Below, piece by piece: positions 24,217 to 39,552 of a DNA stretch of 64,000 bases. Origin of the DNA: Octopus vulgaris (Eukaryota); assembly GCA_951406725.2 (NCBI GenBank), contig OX597823.1, forward strand, positions 59,830,001-59,894,000, given 5' to 3'. Within the stretch, counting starts at the first letter, position 1. Every line of letters starts with the position of its first letter. The notes under the pieces are model-generated. The model was not told where the DNA came from and made no database searches. It was given only the letters and a program-made list of their open reading frames with translations. Both the position numbers and the translations under genes were made by a program.

Positions 24217-25469
24217 TAATAATAATAACAGCAAAGATAATAATAATAGGTGCTTGGAAATTAAATTATGAAGAAAATATGAGAGACATTTGGAACAAAT
24301 TTTGCCTTCAGTTTATTAACAGTTTTAATGGTTTTGAATAGCCAGCAGAGATTGACCAAAATGAAACAGATGACTGTTGATATTGCTAACGGATCACAAC
24401 TTAATATTTCTATGAATGATATAAATAATCTATTTCAGTTGCATATGCAAGACTTCAATGAAATGCATGAATATTACGAAAGTCTAAAGATGTAAAAATA
24501 GGAACTTCTTTTTATTCTTTCACTCTTAAAGAGCTTGATTAAGTTGCTTCAAACATTCACATGGTGATTTATATTTTCAAGTCCCAAGATAGCAATTTCG
24601 AGTGAAGTAGAAAACATACAGTAGATTTCAATAAAACTTACATTTGGTATGATGGAATTTATGCAGAAAAGAAAAAAAACTATTACAAAAGAGAGATACT
24701 GACAGATTTATAAAGAAAAAGAGTGATATGTTTTTCATGTGAAACTAATATGAACAGCAAAACGACATGGAGTGAACAACAAAGAAACACCCCTGTCATT
24801 AGACTAAATAAATAAATGAACTAATGCTACTTTAGTGATTGTTATCTCAGCATAATAATAGCTGATATAAATGTTGGTTGGTTGAATGGTTGGTTGATAC
24901 CTCGAGTCACACTTTACATAATATACTCTTTTACTCTTTTACTTGTTTCAGTCATTTGACTGCGGCCATACTGGAGCACCGCCTTTAGTCAAGCAAACCA
25001 ACCCCAGGACTTAGTCTTTGTAAGCCTAGTACTTATTCTATTGGTCTCTTTTGCCGAACCGCTAAGTTACGGGGATGTAAACACACCAGCATCAGTTGTC
25101 AAGCGATACTGGGGGGACAAACACACACACACACACATATATATATATACATATATACGACAGGCTTCTTTCAGTTTCCATCTACCAAATCCACTCACAA
25201 GGCTTTGGTTGGCCCACACTGTGGGACTGAACCCGGAACCATGTGGCTGGTAAGCAAGCTACTTACCACACAGCCACTCCTGTGCCATATATATAGAGGA
25301 GGAAAACAGTAAAATAGAGATACAGAAGGGAGTAGGATGAGAGGCTATAATTGGAGGCAGGCAATGAGTGAATGAATGAAGTATACATACACACATGCAG
25401 TGAGGGACAAAGAATCAAAATGATAGGGAGAAGGAAGAAAGTGAGTATATGTATGTATGTATGCCTCTT

Positions 25470-26090
25470 CTATAGAATAAAACTTTATATATAAAGAACG
25501 TGAAATACACGAATTGACGAACACGGAAAACAGACAGTCATTCAGAGCCTTCATTCTTCAGTCAGAAACCGATTCATCATGGCAAATTTCGGCTGTTTAA
25601 TTCTGAGATTTGCTCCAAAACGGCCAGCCCCAAGGAAAAGCTAAGCTATGGGCATTAGATTTCCTTGGTAGAAGGAAAGAATGTGACAACAGAGACGAAT
25701 AGGAAAACAAGAGACGAAGATAAAATTGGAAACAGTAACGAATAAAAACAGGAATGACAAGGGGCGTCTTACAACTTTGAGACAAAATGGGACAAAAACA
25801 ATTGATCAGCAAGCGTGGAAAGCGATTACCTTTTCGGTAGAGGTGACACGTGTAGAACAGGCGGCTGTCGCCAATGGAATGGCTTAGTAGTTTGATTATT
25901 ATAGATCTTCCAGTGAGGAGGAAGCCGTTTTCCAACAAAGATACAAGGCTCCATCTTTGGGATGTAGTCAACACAAACAAATTCACATTTGGAACTTGAG
26001 AAAAATCTTGCATATTTTAACTGTTCCACTCACAGACTGAACTTATAATGTACGAATTAGCCAGTCATTTTCTCTTTCTGAAAATCCCAG
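25470..26090 (-). mobile_element. Probable LINE (CR1/L2-like) 3' end and UTR
   Basis: Minus strand LANSYIISSVCEWNS*..VPNVNLF resembles the 'F..R.V..WNSLP' RT-ORF terminus. Confidence 0.35.
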
Positions 26091-27289
26091 TTTACCCAGA
26101 TTCTCCTTTAAGCATTTACTAACAAAACCTAGTGTTCCAATTATTGGTATGAATATGAATTCATACTATAGTCTTGGTGTTTTCTTTCTCAACTATGTAG
26201 TCTTGAGTTCAGTCCCACTCTGTGGCACTTTGGCCAAGTGTCTTCAACTACAGCCATGGACCTGAGTGAATTTGGTAGATGGATGTGTGTGTGTATGTGT
26301 GGATGTGCACATGTGCATGCATGCGTGCATGGGTGTATGCTTGTTTTAATCTGTTCTTGTGTGTAAGAAAGGGAGCAGTAAGCAGTGTTGGTATTTCTCA
26401 ATTTCGTCAATGAATCAGTCGGTCACTTTGTGCCTTTGAAGAAATGATGAATGAGAAATCCCTTATTTGCAAAACAGGTAAACATTAGTATTGCTGGACC
26501 TGGAGAAAGAGGAAGTACCCATGATTTATTCATTATTCAGATCTTCCTCATGTGGTAAGATTGATCCCATTAATGTTCCACTTTAACCTTTGTAAGTCAA
26601 CACCTATGGGAAAGATATGAGCTGTGAGAAAATTCCAGAGGGCTGATGTTCAGAGAAGGAAGGACTGTGTACAGTAATTAGTGTAGGGCCGAGGGGTATG
26701 GCTGTGATTGTGCATGGCTTAGTAGTTAGGATGTTGGACTCATGATTGTAAGATTGTGGTTTTGATTCCTGGACTGGGCAATGTGTTGTGTTCTTGATCA
26801 AAACTCTTCATTTCATAATGCTCCAGTCCACTCAGCTGGCAAAAGTGAGTAATCCTGCAACGGACTGGCGACCCATCCAGGTGGGAAATATATACACCAT
26901 GGAAACCAGGAAACCAGCCCTTATGAGTCGGCATGACTCAAGAAGTTACTTTTTTGATTTTTAAGGGTAGGGCTAGACACAACAAGGGTGATGGGAAGAA
27001 AAGGGACAAGTGAAGGGAGGGTGTCTGAGTCTAGTAGGCATGAATCAAACTGGCTCTAGGGAGCAAAAGTCACTGTAGTAGTAACGGAAAGGATACAGAG
27101 AAGAGACAGCATGCTTGTTGGCTAGAGATTGAAACATGTCTGACTGACATTAGATTAGAATTTATATTAAAAATAGTTTCATGCAATTTACACTTGTTTT
27201 ACCACTTTTTCTTTTTACTGTAGGTTTTTCTCATGCAGACCCATAAAATTTATACCAGTAATATTTTTTTTGCCTTTTACTCTTGGCAA

Positions 27290-27578
27290 CAACATATGAC
27301 AAACAAATGCTTTTATGGAAACTTACCGAAAGTTAGTAAGAAGACCAGGCAATGATGGCTATGACTATCTGGTCACTGCATGAGCCATCCTGAACTAGAA
27401 GCATCCAAATTAGTCTTGTGGAATCCACTTCATGGTGATGTAAGAAGAGGAAGATGCTGTTACACTTACGGCAACAACTTGATTACAGGACCTTGAGGTG
27501 ATGATGTTGGACCAAGTAGTGTGGTGGATAGACTTTGTTGCTGCAACCTGGCTTGGAACCTGGCCATAATAATAATAG
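27290..27578 (+). mobile_element. RTE-clade LINE 3' fragment
   Basis: YGNLPKVSKKTRQ*WL*LSGHCMSHPELEASKLVLWNPLHGDVRRGR..TY; (TAA)n tail. Confidence 0.75.
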
Positions 27579-27734
27579 GCACAAGGCATTAGGAAAGGCA
27601 TCCAGCCATAGAAACCAAGCCAAAACTGATGACCTGAGCCTGGTGCCGTTCTCTGGTTTAACAGCTATGGTCAAACTGGCTAACCCAAGCCAACATGGAA
27701 AAACAGACATTAAATGATGATCATATGATATATC

Positions 27735-28800
27735 GTCATCATCATCATCATTACCATCGTTTAACGTCTGCTTTCCATGCTGGCATGGGTTGGACGATTT
27801 GACTGAGCATGGGCGAACCAGATGGCTGCACCTGGCTCCAATCTGATCTGGCAGAGTTTCTGCAGCTGGATGCCCTTCCTAAAGCCAACCACTCCGAGAG
27901 TGTAGTGGGTGCTTTTACATGCCACCGGCATGAGAGCGAGTCAGGTGGTGCTGGCAATGGCCATGCTCAAATGGTGTTTTCGTTTTGTGCCACCTGCACA
28001 GGAACCAGTCCAGCAGCACTGGCACCAGCCTCGCTTGAATATTTTTCATGTGCCACTAAAGCGACACTGGTAACGATCATACTCACATGGTGCTTTTTAT
28101 GTGCCAACAGCACAGAAGCCAATCAGCTGCTCTGGCAACAATCATGCTTGGATGGTGCTCTTAGTGCTCCACTAGCATGGATGCCAATCATGCGGTGCTG
28201 TCATTGAATTTGATTTCGATTTCGATTTCACTAGCCTCAACAGGTTTCGCAAGCAGAGTCCAGTGAAGGAAAGGTATGCATAAGTGGGTTGGTTACACCC
28301 CTGGCATAGGCCACAGGTTATGGTCTTACTTGGCTTGCCGGGTCTTCTCAAGCACAGCATATTTCCAAAAGTCTCGGTAACTAGCCATTGCCTCGGTGAG
28401 GCCTAATGTTCAAAGGTTGTGCTTCACCACCTCATCCCAGGTCTTCCTGGGTCTACCTCTTCCACAGGTTTCCTCAACTGCTAGGGTGTGGCATTTTTCA
28501 CACAGCTATCCTCATCCATTCTCACCACATGACCATACCAGCACAGTCGTCTCTCTTGCACACCACATCTGATGCTTCTTAGGTATAACTATTCTCTCAA
28601 GGTACTTACACTCTGTCAAGTATGCACACTGACATTACACATCCAGCGGAGCATACTAGCTTCATTCCTTGCAAGTTTACACATGTCCTCAGCAGTCATG
28701 GCTCATATTTCACTGCCATGTAGCATGGCTGTCCGTACACTTGTGTCATACAGCCTACCTTTTACTCTGAGCGAGAGGCCCTTTGTCACCAGCAGAGGTA
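27735..28800 (-). mobile_element. 5'-truncated RTE LINE (RT C-terminus + 3' UTR + (GAT)n)
   Basis: LPLLVTKGLSLRVKGRLYDTSVRTAMLHGSE...RRLCWYGHVVRMDEDS...GRGRPRKTW. UTR-only copies at 4320-4520, 31755-32090, 41170-41380, 45500-45680 and 47570-47900. Confidence 0.9.
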
Positions 28801-28818
28801 GAGGTAAGTGTAGAGGTA

Positions 28819-28860
<42 letters not shown>

Positions 28861-29059
28861 TATAGAGAGAGGATAGATAGATAGATAGATAGATATGTTT
28901 CTTTATTAGCACACAGGGCTGCACACAGATAGAACAAATTACAAGGTAGAGCTTTCTTTTGAAGGGTTAAAAAAAAAAAAGGAAGGGGAGTTTCGATCAA
29001 AAGGGATCGTAAAAGGAGAGAAAGAGGACAAAAGGGGGTTAAAAAAGGGAGAGGAAAAA

Positions 29060-29259
<200 letters not shown>

Positions 29260-32200
29260 ATAAACACTCTATAAGATATATAATACAAACTGTATATATA
29301 TATATACATATATATATATGTTGATGTGCTTGCATGTGTGTGTGTATGTGTGTGTGCTTGTGTGTGTGCATCTATGTATCTATGTTTATACACATACTCA
29401 CATATATTGACAGCCACATTAAAATCTACAAGAAGAATTATTAAGAATTCCATAAATATTTAAATGCCTCATGGAATTAGATTTACTGATATATTTTAGT
29501 TAATCCACTTTAAAAAAAAATCTACAATAATAATAATAATAATAATAATAGTAACAAAATCATGAGCCAAGTTGAAAAAAATGAGGGAATTACTTGAATA
29601 GAATAGATGAAAATTTATTCTCTGATGATAAGACATAAATAACCAGAAAATTTAAATAAATATGTTTGAACGGAAAAAAAGACCAATCAAAATTTAAAAA
29701 TTACAAAAATACAACATATTTACCTATAGTGTGCAGAAAATAAAGGAAGATTGAGAAATGGTAAGAATGATATCTAATTCTGTAATGATGTATGACAATA
29801 AATAAAAGAATATTAACAACACCCTCGGGCTAATTGTAAGTCTTGATAAATAGGCTGGAAAAGTAGCATGGGCATATAACATTGCTTGAAAGAGTGTGAA
29901 AAATATTGTAGTTTGAATTTTGGCCTTAGAATTGTTAAAAAGGAATTCCCTTAAGATGAATGAAATTATGTTTAGAAATTATTTTAGAAGAGAAACTTTT
30001 AGGAAACTCAAGTAATTGGATAGCTTTAATCATGTAAAAAAAAAAAAAAATAGGGGGCTAAATAATCCTCTAACAGTTTGTCTCTGTTTCTTTCACTCTT
30101 TCTCTCTCTCTCTTCTTAATAAATATATGTGTATATGTATGTTCAGGCATGTGTTGTGTATGTAGCCAAGTTTGTATGAGTGTGTTTGCTTGTGTATGCA
30201 TGTGTTTGTGCTTGTGTGTTTGTTTATCAGAATAAATTTTAAAAACCAAGAAAGAAAGAAATGAAGCGAGTTTAAAGAATTTGTTCAACAATTTCGTTTC
30301 CATATTGAATGTTATAACAGTATATTTTATTTGGAGCATTATGAAATAGAGTTAAAAGTGAATGAGAAAGCTTCTGTAATTCTCAATGGAAATACAGAAG
30401 TGTGAAGAAAAACAAAACAAAAAAAAAAAGAAAAAGAAAAACAAATGCTGATTGGTATAGTGAAACCAGTCAATTAGTTTCATGCAACTCATCTATTCTG
30501 TTGTTGACGGTGGAGTTTAATATTTCAATAAAAATGGCCTCTTTAATTTTCAACATTTGCTTTTAAAATAGCAGTTGCTGCTTGTAAACTATGCACCTGC
30601 ATAAAGGAACACATTCATATGAATATCTTGTTGATTAACAAACATCTGGGAAAATGTCATAACCAAATCATTATTACTGCCACTGTCAATACTACAAAAT
30701 GGATGACTGGAAACTTGAAATATGTGACTAATGTTTACTAAACTGTCTAAGTTCACCATCAACAACAGGCAAAATTTGTATGACGGTAACTCGTTAATTT
30801 AATAGTACAAATATGCAAATATTGCAGCACACCCAGCCCTATTTTTACTCTTTTACTCTTTTACTTGCTTCAGTCATTTGACTGCGGCCATGCTGGAGCA
30901 CCGCCTTTAGTCAAGCAAATCGACCCCAGGACATATTCTTTGTAAGCCTAGTACTTATTCTATCAGTCTCTTTTGCTGAACCGCTAAGTTACAGGGACGT
31001 AAACACACTACCATCAGTTGTCAAGCAATGTTGGGTGGGGGGGACAAATACAGACACACAAACATATATACACACATACATATATACATATATACGACAG
31101 GCTTCTTTCAGTTTCCGTCTACCAAATCCACTCACAAGCCTTTGGTTGGCCCAAGGCTATAGTAGAAGACACTTGCCCAAGGTGCCACACAGTGGGACTG
31201 AACCCAGAACTGTGTGGTTGGTAAGCAAGCTACTTACCACACAGCCACTTCTGAACCAATTTACTCATATTTCTTCACAAATTAGAGCTAAAATCAATCT
31301 CCAGTTTTCCATTTCGTTTCTTGATAAAGGAATCTTCAAGCCAAAATGTTGAAATATAAAAGAGTAAACCATTCTCTTTATTTTCAACTTGGAGTTTTAA
31401 TTAAATTTTATATTCAATATAAATACACACACACAAATATATATATATATGTATACATATATATTGATTTCAAAGTTTGGCACAAGACTAGAAATTTCAG
31501 TGGAAGTTAAGTCGATTACATCATCTCAACTGGTAATTATTTCATTGACCCCAAAAAGATGCAAGGCAGAGTCTGCCTCAGCAGAATTTGAACTCAGAAC
31601 ATGAAGACAGACAAAATGCCACAAAGAATTTCACCTGGCATACTAATGATTGTGCCAGCTCATTGCCTTATGCATACATGCATACATACATACACATATA
31701 TTGAATCCATCACCTATTAATTAATATTATCACAAACACACACACACACATACATCATCATCATCATCACTTAATGTCCGCCTTCCTGCACCAGACTTCT
31801 GTGACTGTTTTGGCAGGATTTTTACAGCTGGATGCCCTTCCTAACATCAACCACCCAACAGAGTAGACTTAGTGCTTTTTATGTGGTACAAGCACAGACA
31901 AGATTAGTTTTTGCAAGTTTTTTTTACAGCTGGATGCCCTTCCAAACACAAGCTACTTTACAGTGTGGACTGGGTACTTTTAAGTGGCGCCTACACTGAC
32001 AGGGTCACCAAGTACTTGCAAAACACAAAAAGAATCTCTTTTCAGAGGGGAGGAGGTGATCTTGTATTAGATGATGAAAGGTTATAGTGGGGCAGAGAGA
32101 CAGAAACAGGAGAGACAGAAACATACACATCGCCTGGTCTGAGATTCGAACCCATGATCCCTTGACCGTGAGTCTGCTGCTCTAACCACTAGGCCATGTG

Positions 32201-33422
32201 CCTCCATGTGTGTATATATATATGCATGCATATAAATAAACGTATGTATGTATGTATGTATGTATGTATGTATGTGCTTCATTGAAAATACAACTATGTT
32301 TGTGTTTAGTTTTCACATTAACATTTTTACAAGACTTAACATAAGACCCTTGCAATTTGATTGAAACAATAAAGTACTTAAATTTCTTTTTAACAATGTT
32401 TCCAGGCTATATGAATAGCATCAGGACTTGGAGGGATGTTGGTTTCTGTACAAACTTTTGTTTATACAGATCAGACTTTGTCACCAGTAAGTTGGTGATG
32501 AATGGTTTATTTACCCCCAGCTGGATTTGAACATTAATACAGTAGGGTCATTGAATATACCATTCTTTCCACTTCTTTTGAATGTAATGAAGTTGATAGA
32601 CTTGAGTAATAGTTTAAATGCTTATAGTATGCAATGGAATAAATATTTTCTCGCTGCCTGCAACAACTAAAGGCCAAAGCTAATAATTATTCTATAGATG
32701 TTACTCTAATTGTTGATTGAAGTTTCAAACTAAATAAAACATGGCATCAATATAAAGACTATCACATGTTTCATGAGAATAATTAAATTTAATTCCAAAT
32801 GTTTCCAGATTAGATATAAAGGAGAATATGATTTGGTCATAGTTATTTCTCTTTGGTCAATTCAGTTTAGCAAGCAATGCTTTGTACAGAACTTTGATAC
32901 TTAATATCTTCATCATATTAGCGTCTGTTGCCAAGGTATGTTTGTTGACCATATTCTAACTTCTGGATATTTAAATATTCTTTAATAAGTCTTCAAAGTT
33001 ATATAACTTAGTTGTTGAATATATTTCTCTGAGACATTGATCTTATGGCTTGACAACAGGAGACAAGGAGGGGGAATGTATGGCAATAAACTTGCCTATT
33101 GAATATGTCAAGCACGCAAAAATAAAGAAGGACTTCTCTATGATGGTCATGTCAGAATAGAATTCTGGAATTTGTATTATTGAATATAAAGAGAAATATT
33201 AAAAGAAAGGTTAATTATTGACCTAACATGAAGTCAACTTATGAAATATCTTGATCTAAAATCAAAACTGCATTCATGACAATACAGACTTAATTATCAT
33301 TTAAATTAGGTAAATTTTAATTTTTTAATGAACTATTGATTTTCTAATTATTTTCTACTAGCTGCATGCAATTTCATTTCATTTATATATTTAATACATT
33401 GTATAATTCACAATGCAATACA

Positions 33423-33471
<49 letters not shown>

Positions 33472-36364
33472 TAATGTTTCATATATTATTTATTATAGGT
33501 GTGTGTGCATGTGCATGTGTATAAAGGAAAAAGTGAGCTAACTTTTTATAATTGCACTTAGTCCATTTTATCCTAAATGTTTCTTTTCTTAATGTAATGA
33601 TTTAGCACAAATTATAGAATATGAAGCTGAATGCCTCATGGGATAAATAATTTATAGATGCCATCCACATTAATAGCTGAGTAATTGTTAGCATAATTAA
33701 CATGTCAAAGTAAATGTTTTCAGATGAGGTCATAATAAGACAGAAGTAAGTCTAGGCTTACCTCCCTTACTTGCCAAAATAATGATAAGCAATATTAGTC
33801 ACTGACTAATACTGTTATTATTCCTCACAATATAATTATTTATAGTTAACTAATAAATGAATAACACTGGCTTAGATTTCAATATGTAGCCTTTCCTGTA
33901 CTTTCTTATCTTTGTCAGAACTAATTTTACCCTTCATTCCTTCCATAACCAAATTGTATCTCTCTCTGGCAATGGTTAGCATTGTGTTCATAGTCTTTAC
34001 AGAACCGACAACGAAAATATTATCTCTCACTTTGAAGCGTTTACTTTTTGCAGAACTGATACAAGAAATAAGAACAGAATACTTGACACATAAAACGAAG
34101 AAGGATGCAAGTAATCCACTTAAAAGTGACAACCAATGCAGAATTTGAGGTTATCACTTTTATCATAAGTAGCTGTCATCATGATATAATCTATCTGTGA
34201 TGTGTGATGCCGTAACTAACATTGTATGAATCAAACACTGTGCAGTACAATTCATAAAAAGATTGTAGTGATGAGAAAAATATGAGAAAATACAATGATG
34301 TGGAGAAAACACTCATAGCATAGAATCTTTTCTACTCTAGGCACAAGACCCGAAATTTTTGAGGAGGAGCCCAGTCAATTAGATCGATCCCAGTACACAA
34401 CTAGTACCTAATTTATTAACCTTGAAAGGATGAAAGGCAAAGTCAACCTTGGCGGAATTTGAACTCAGGGTGTAATGATAGACGAAATACTGCTAAGCAT
34501 TCCACCCAGCATGCTTACGTTTCTGCCAGCTCGCTGCCTTACTCATAGCAGAGAATGCTAGAGGAATATTCCTGACAAAACCTTAGTAAAATATAAGCAT
34601 AACAAAGCAACATTATGGTGTCAATGATTTGTGATATTGGGTAGCCACATGGTGGCAAGCTGGCAGAATTTTTACCACACAGGGCAAAATGCATAGCAGC
34701 ATTTCATCTGTCTTTACATTCTGGGTTCAAATTCTGCAGAGGTTGATTTTGCCCTTCATCCTTTTCGGGATCGATAAAGGTAAGTACCAGCTGGGCACTG
34801 GGATTGAGATATAAATGACTTAACCTCTTCCCCCTCAAAATACTGGCCTCGTGCCAAAATTTGAAAGCAATGTTGTGTAGCCACATTTAGCTGCACTGAT
34901 AAAATACTCAAGTATCTACATATCATGTTATGAAGTGTGTTGACATATCAAATTCTCACTGCTTCATCATCATCATCATTTAAAGTCTGCCTTATTCTGT
35001 CTATTATTTGTAGGTGGGCACCATGGTTTAATTCAGTTCACTGACATGATGTTAAGTTTACTAAGTCTGCTATGAGAGTGTGAAGAAGACAACAGGAAAC
35101 TGATAACCTGTTATTAGATTAAAACTCAGATACTCCAAACCTCGATCAGCCTTGTTTTAAATCTGATTCCAATTACATGATTGTTGACACACAGAGTTAT
35201 ACACCTCATATTTAACTCATCCTGTTCAGATACCCACCACTTGGAAGATAATTCAAACAATTAAAAATATGTTTATGGTATAAGAATTTTAATGAAACAG
35301 AAGCCTCTGTTTTGATATCCTACATATTTTCTAGAAATAGCAACCAAATTCTTTCCCCCTAAATCACACCTTGCCACCTTGAATAAGAAAGAACACAGTG
35401 TATATTATAGTCTTATGTATATATAGGTCTATATTTCCTCTGTATAATATAGTCCTATTTATAGGACTATATATCTCTTCATTTATCAGAGCAGGCCTTG
35501 AAAACATTTATTTTCACTGATGAAGTCTAATAAAACTAAAATATGGTCTATAGCTGTCTTTAGCATGAAAGATCACTTTTCTGTGAAATTAATTCTTAAA
35601 TAATAAGTTGTGGCATAGTTGTACACTGGGAAGAATACCTATATGTATCTTGGATTTTTAAACACTATAATATAAAGTTCTGCAAAATCAATAATAAAAC
35701 AAATAAGAATGATTTCATGATATAAGATTTTTATCATAATACAAGTATTTATATTAGTAACCAAATTCTTTCCAAATTTCAAGTCATAAAAATGTTATTC
35801 ATAATTTTAAGCAAAAACACATTCATGTTATTATGCAAGCATATAATTGATAAAATAAGGTAAACAATGGTTTTCAATTAAAATTTAGATTGTGATCCAG
35901 AAATATGAAGAAATGTGAAAATAAATTTCTTTTATGATGCAAATGGAAGTGTAAATAAGAGCCTTTGTTACATTGTCTAAAAGGAAATGAAGGAAAGGTT
36001 AGATACCCTGCATGATTCAAACGAGGCATCAACATTATCTTGAACAGTTGTGATAACATTACACCAAAGTGACTCACCAACTTGCAACTGACCAAATGTG
36101 AAACTTTAATCTGGCAAACAATAAAGAAATTTTGTTTACACTTAGAACTTAATTTAGAAACAGCGACAAAAGTATTTTTTTTTTATAGTTTTATAAATTT
36201 AAAATATAGTTTAGATATTTATTTTAACTTTCTATCCAAAGTACACCAGAAATTTTCGACTTTCAATATGGAATGCAATGCAGATGTTTTATTTGATTCT
36301 TTGCACAGCCTGAAGCCAAAAGCTTCAGAACCTTTGATCAAGAGGTGAATTTTTACACTCTGTG

Positions 36365-36510
36365 GTTGGCAGGAGTGGTAGTGGTGGTAGTGGTGAGAGC
36401 AGCGGTGGGGAGAGCAGTGGTGGTGGCAGTGGCAGTGGCGGTAGCAGTGGTAGCGATGGTAGTGGAGGTTGCTGTGGTGGTGATGAGGATGGTGGTAGTG
36501 GTGGTGGTTG
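36365..36510. repeat. (GGT/GCA/AGT)n low-complexity tract
   Basis: Read directly from sequence. Confidence 0.85.
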
Positions 36511-37279
36511 TTTGTATTTACATGTCTGTGAGATGGCCATTTCTCAGATGCCTTTTATACATACCTGTGTGTCTAGCAGATGCATCATCACCAGACCAGG
36601 TGTGTAAACGTAACAAATACACAAATACCATAAATTTGCAATGTAATTATTACCACCAAAGAACAATAGATGATCTCACTGCAAGTGAAGACTGTGACAT
36701 GAATTCAATCTGTGGACGAAATCATTTTATTTCACTTGCACTGCTTATGATCCTTCACCTATCACAAAACAAAACCAAACCAAAAAAAACGTCATATTTC
36801 TCATTTCCTCTTCCCTACAATATTGGGTCTTTATGCTTTCCTAGTTAAAAAGTAAATGAAAAATATCATAATATAGATTTAGCACGATCCAATTATCAAT
36901 ATATTACATTATTTTGCTGTCACTGAAGCTTATTTATATATGATATGCTTTATTTTTTTTCTTCTCTGAATTAGGGTATATATAGCTAATAACTTCTTAA
37001 TCCCTACTGTAACCATTGTAAATATCATGATAAAACTGGAAAATTACTGATGTTGCCTTCTCTCTGTCTTTCACTCCCCCCCCACACACACACTCGTATG
37101 TATTTATATATGTCACTTAGGCATTGTAATACTAATAACCTGGTGTAGAACTCAATAGATGCATACTTCTCAATAAAGCACTTCATGTAAGAGGGTCTGA
37201 GGAAATTGTAAAGTGTTACTCAGGCAGTCAACTATGAGTCTACAACATCTTAAAATAATAATTACAGTAATAATGATAA

Positions 37280-37835
37280 TGTTTTCTTTATTCACCACTG
37301 AAGGTTTATATAAAAGATTGGAGACATCACTGGACAACACAACACAAAAAGAGTGGGATTTAATTGTGTAAAAAGGTAATGATAAATAAAAATTCTAACA
37401 AATAAATCCTCAAAAGAGGGAGTCTTCCAAGAACTGCTCATGAAAACCCCTCAAAAACTACAATCACTCTCATCTCTGGGGCAAGTACCCACTCCACTTT
37501 GTGGACCTAAAGGTGAATGCTCTAGGCCATTTGTGTTACATTCACCCACCTTTTAACAAAACTGCTAGGAAAGAGCACTTCCCTCTCTACCCGCACTTTC
37601 TTTTGAAAGTGAAACTTGAAAAAATTGATGAGGTCTTGGCTAAAGATGAAAGTGTCTGTCTTCAGCCCTTTCAAACTGGTCCCTCACGCAAAATTTTTCA
37701 CTAAGGCCACTAGACAAAGAAGCACTGCTTGCCCTTCTTGGCCAAAGGAAGGTGGCAGGGCAATCGTCACAATGGACTCCACTGATAGCTGGATCTGTCC
37801 AACACATGACAACAGGTGTTTAACATAAACCCACA
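37280..37835 (-). mobile_element. Tx1/L1-like LINE 3' fragment
   Basis: LWVYVKHLLSCVGQ..LLCLVALVK..FFKFHFQKKVRVERE...FVKRW resembles the Tx1 ORF2 C-terminus; aataaa near the 3' end. Confidence 0.6.
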
Positions 37836-38344
37836 ATGATTTCAAACTTTGGCACAAGGCCAACAATCTTGGGAAAGAGATAAGTCGATATCATCAGCCC
37901 CAGTACTCAACTGGTACTAATTTTATCAACCCCAAAAGAATAAAAGGTAAAGTCCACCTTGGCAGAATTTGAACTCAGAATGTCAAGGACAAAAGGACTA
38001 AGCGTTTTGTTTGGCGTGCTAATGATTCTGTCAGCTTGCCACCTTAATAAAAATAATATTGAAGATGATTTCAAATTTCGGCACAAAGCCAGCAATTTTG
38101 GGGGTACAGAGTAAGTCAATTACATGAACCCCCCAGTGCTCAACTGCTGCTTCTTTCATCGACCCCCAAAAGAATGAAAGGCAAAGTCGACTTCAGTAGA
38201 ATTTGAACACAGAATGTAATGACAGACAAAATGCTGTGAAGCATTTTGCTTGGCATGCTAACAATTCTGCCAGTTTGCCACCTCAACAACAATGGCAACA
38301 TCAACAACAACAACAATAATAATAATAATGATAATTGTTAGCGA

Positions 38345-38620
38345 AATTGGGACAACTTGAATACGAAAGATACCATGAAATTCATAGTAGGTACATTGGG
38401 TATGATAAAACAATATTCAGACAAATACATAACAAAAACACCAGGACTTACAAACACATATAACATACAGAAAATTGCACTTCTGGGCACTGCACACATC
38501 CTACACTTTCAATACAGTAACCATAAGAGCATCACAACAAATCACAGCACATACCCAAGACACACAGAGCTGCGCTTGGTAGTGAAGTGAAAGCATGCTA
38601 TAAAAATAAAACTACTGAAT
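38345..38620 (+). mobile_element. R4/Dong-like 3' end in (TAA)n
   Basis: IVGTLGMIK..TPG..NIQKIALLGTAHIL; flanked by TAA repeats. Confidence 0.8.
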
Positions 38621-38657
38621 AATAATAATGATAATAATAATAATAATAATAATAATG

Positions 38658-38701
<44 letters not shown>

Positions 38702-39454
38702 CCTTTCAACTATAGGCACAAGGCCTTAAATTTGGAGGAGGGGACTTGTTGATTACATTAACCCAAGTGTTTCACTGGTACTTAATTTATTGATCTTGAA
38801 AGGATGAAAAGCAAAGTCAACCTTGGTGGAATTTGAACTCAGAATGTAAAGATGGACGAAATGCCACTAAGCATTTTGCCCAGCATGCAAGCCATTTTGC
38901 CAGCTCACCGCCTTACTAATAATAATAGTAGTAATAGTAGTAGTAGTAGTAGTGGTGGTGGTGGTGGTAGTAGTAGTAGTAGTAGTAATGAAGATGATGA
39001 TGTCTTTAAAGGGGGTTCCTCACACAGTTATTTGCAATATCAAGTCAAGCTCTGTGTGTGTGTGTGTGTGTGTGTGTATGAGTGTATCTAAGCATTGCTA
39101 GATTTTGCTGAACAAGAACTCTATGATTAATAGGAAATAAAACTATAAAGAAGCAACTTGTCGATTTTTCCAAGAAATGGGGGTGTGAGTTATTATTTTT
39201 TTTTTTGTTTGTTTTTGCTTTTTTCTTTTTTTTTTTTGTCTTCTGCTGACAGCAAGTACTTAGGAAGCCCTTATAAGGAACTGAAGTAGTTTTGACATCG
39301 TTTGAGAAGAAAACAGCATTTATGATCATAGCTTGTTGATGACAGGAAAAGAAATTTATCAAAGCAAATTATTGCTTAAAAACAATTCCATGTATGGAGG
39401 TAAGATCTGAAACTACATAGTTCTTCTTCTATAAATAGGTTTCTTTATTTTCTA

Positions 39455-39552
<98 letters not shown>

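Noticed and set aside
25525-25570. Minus-strand CTGAAGA..GAAT..GTC hammerhead-like motif
   Set aside because: GAAA is absent and stems I and II do not pair convincingly.
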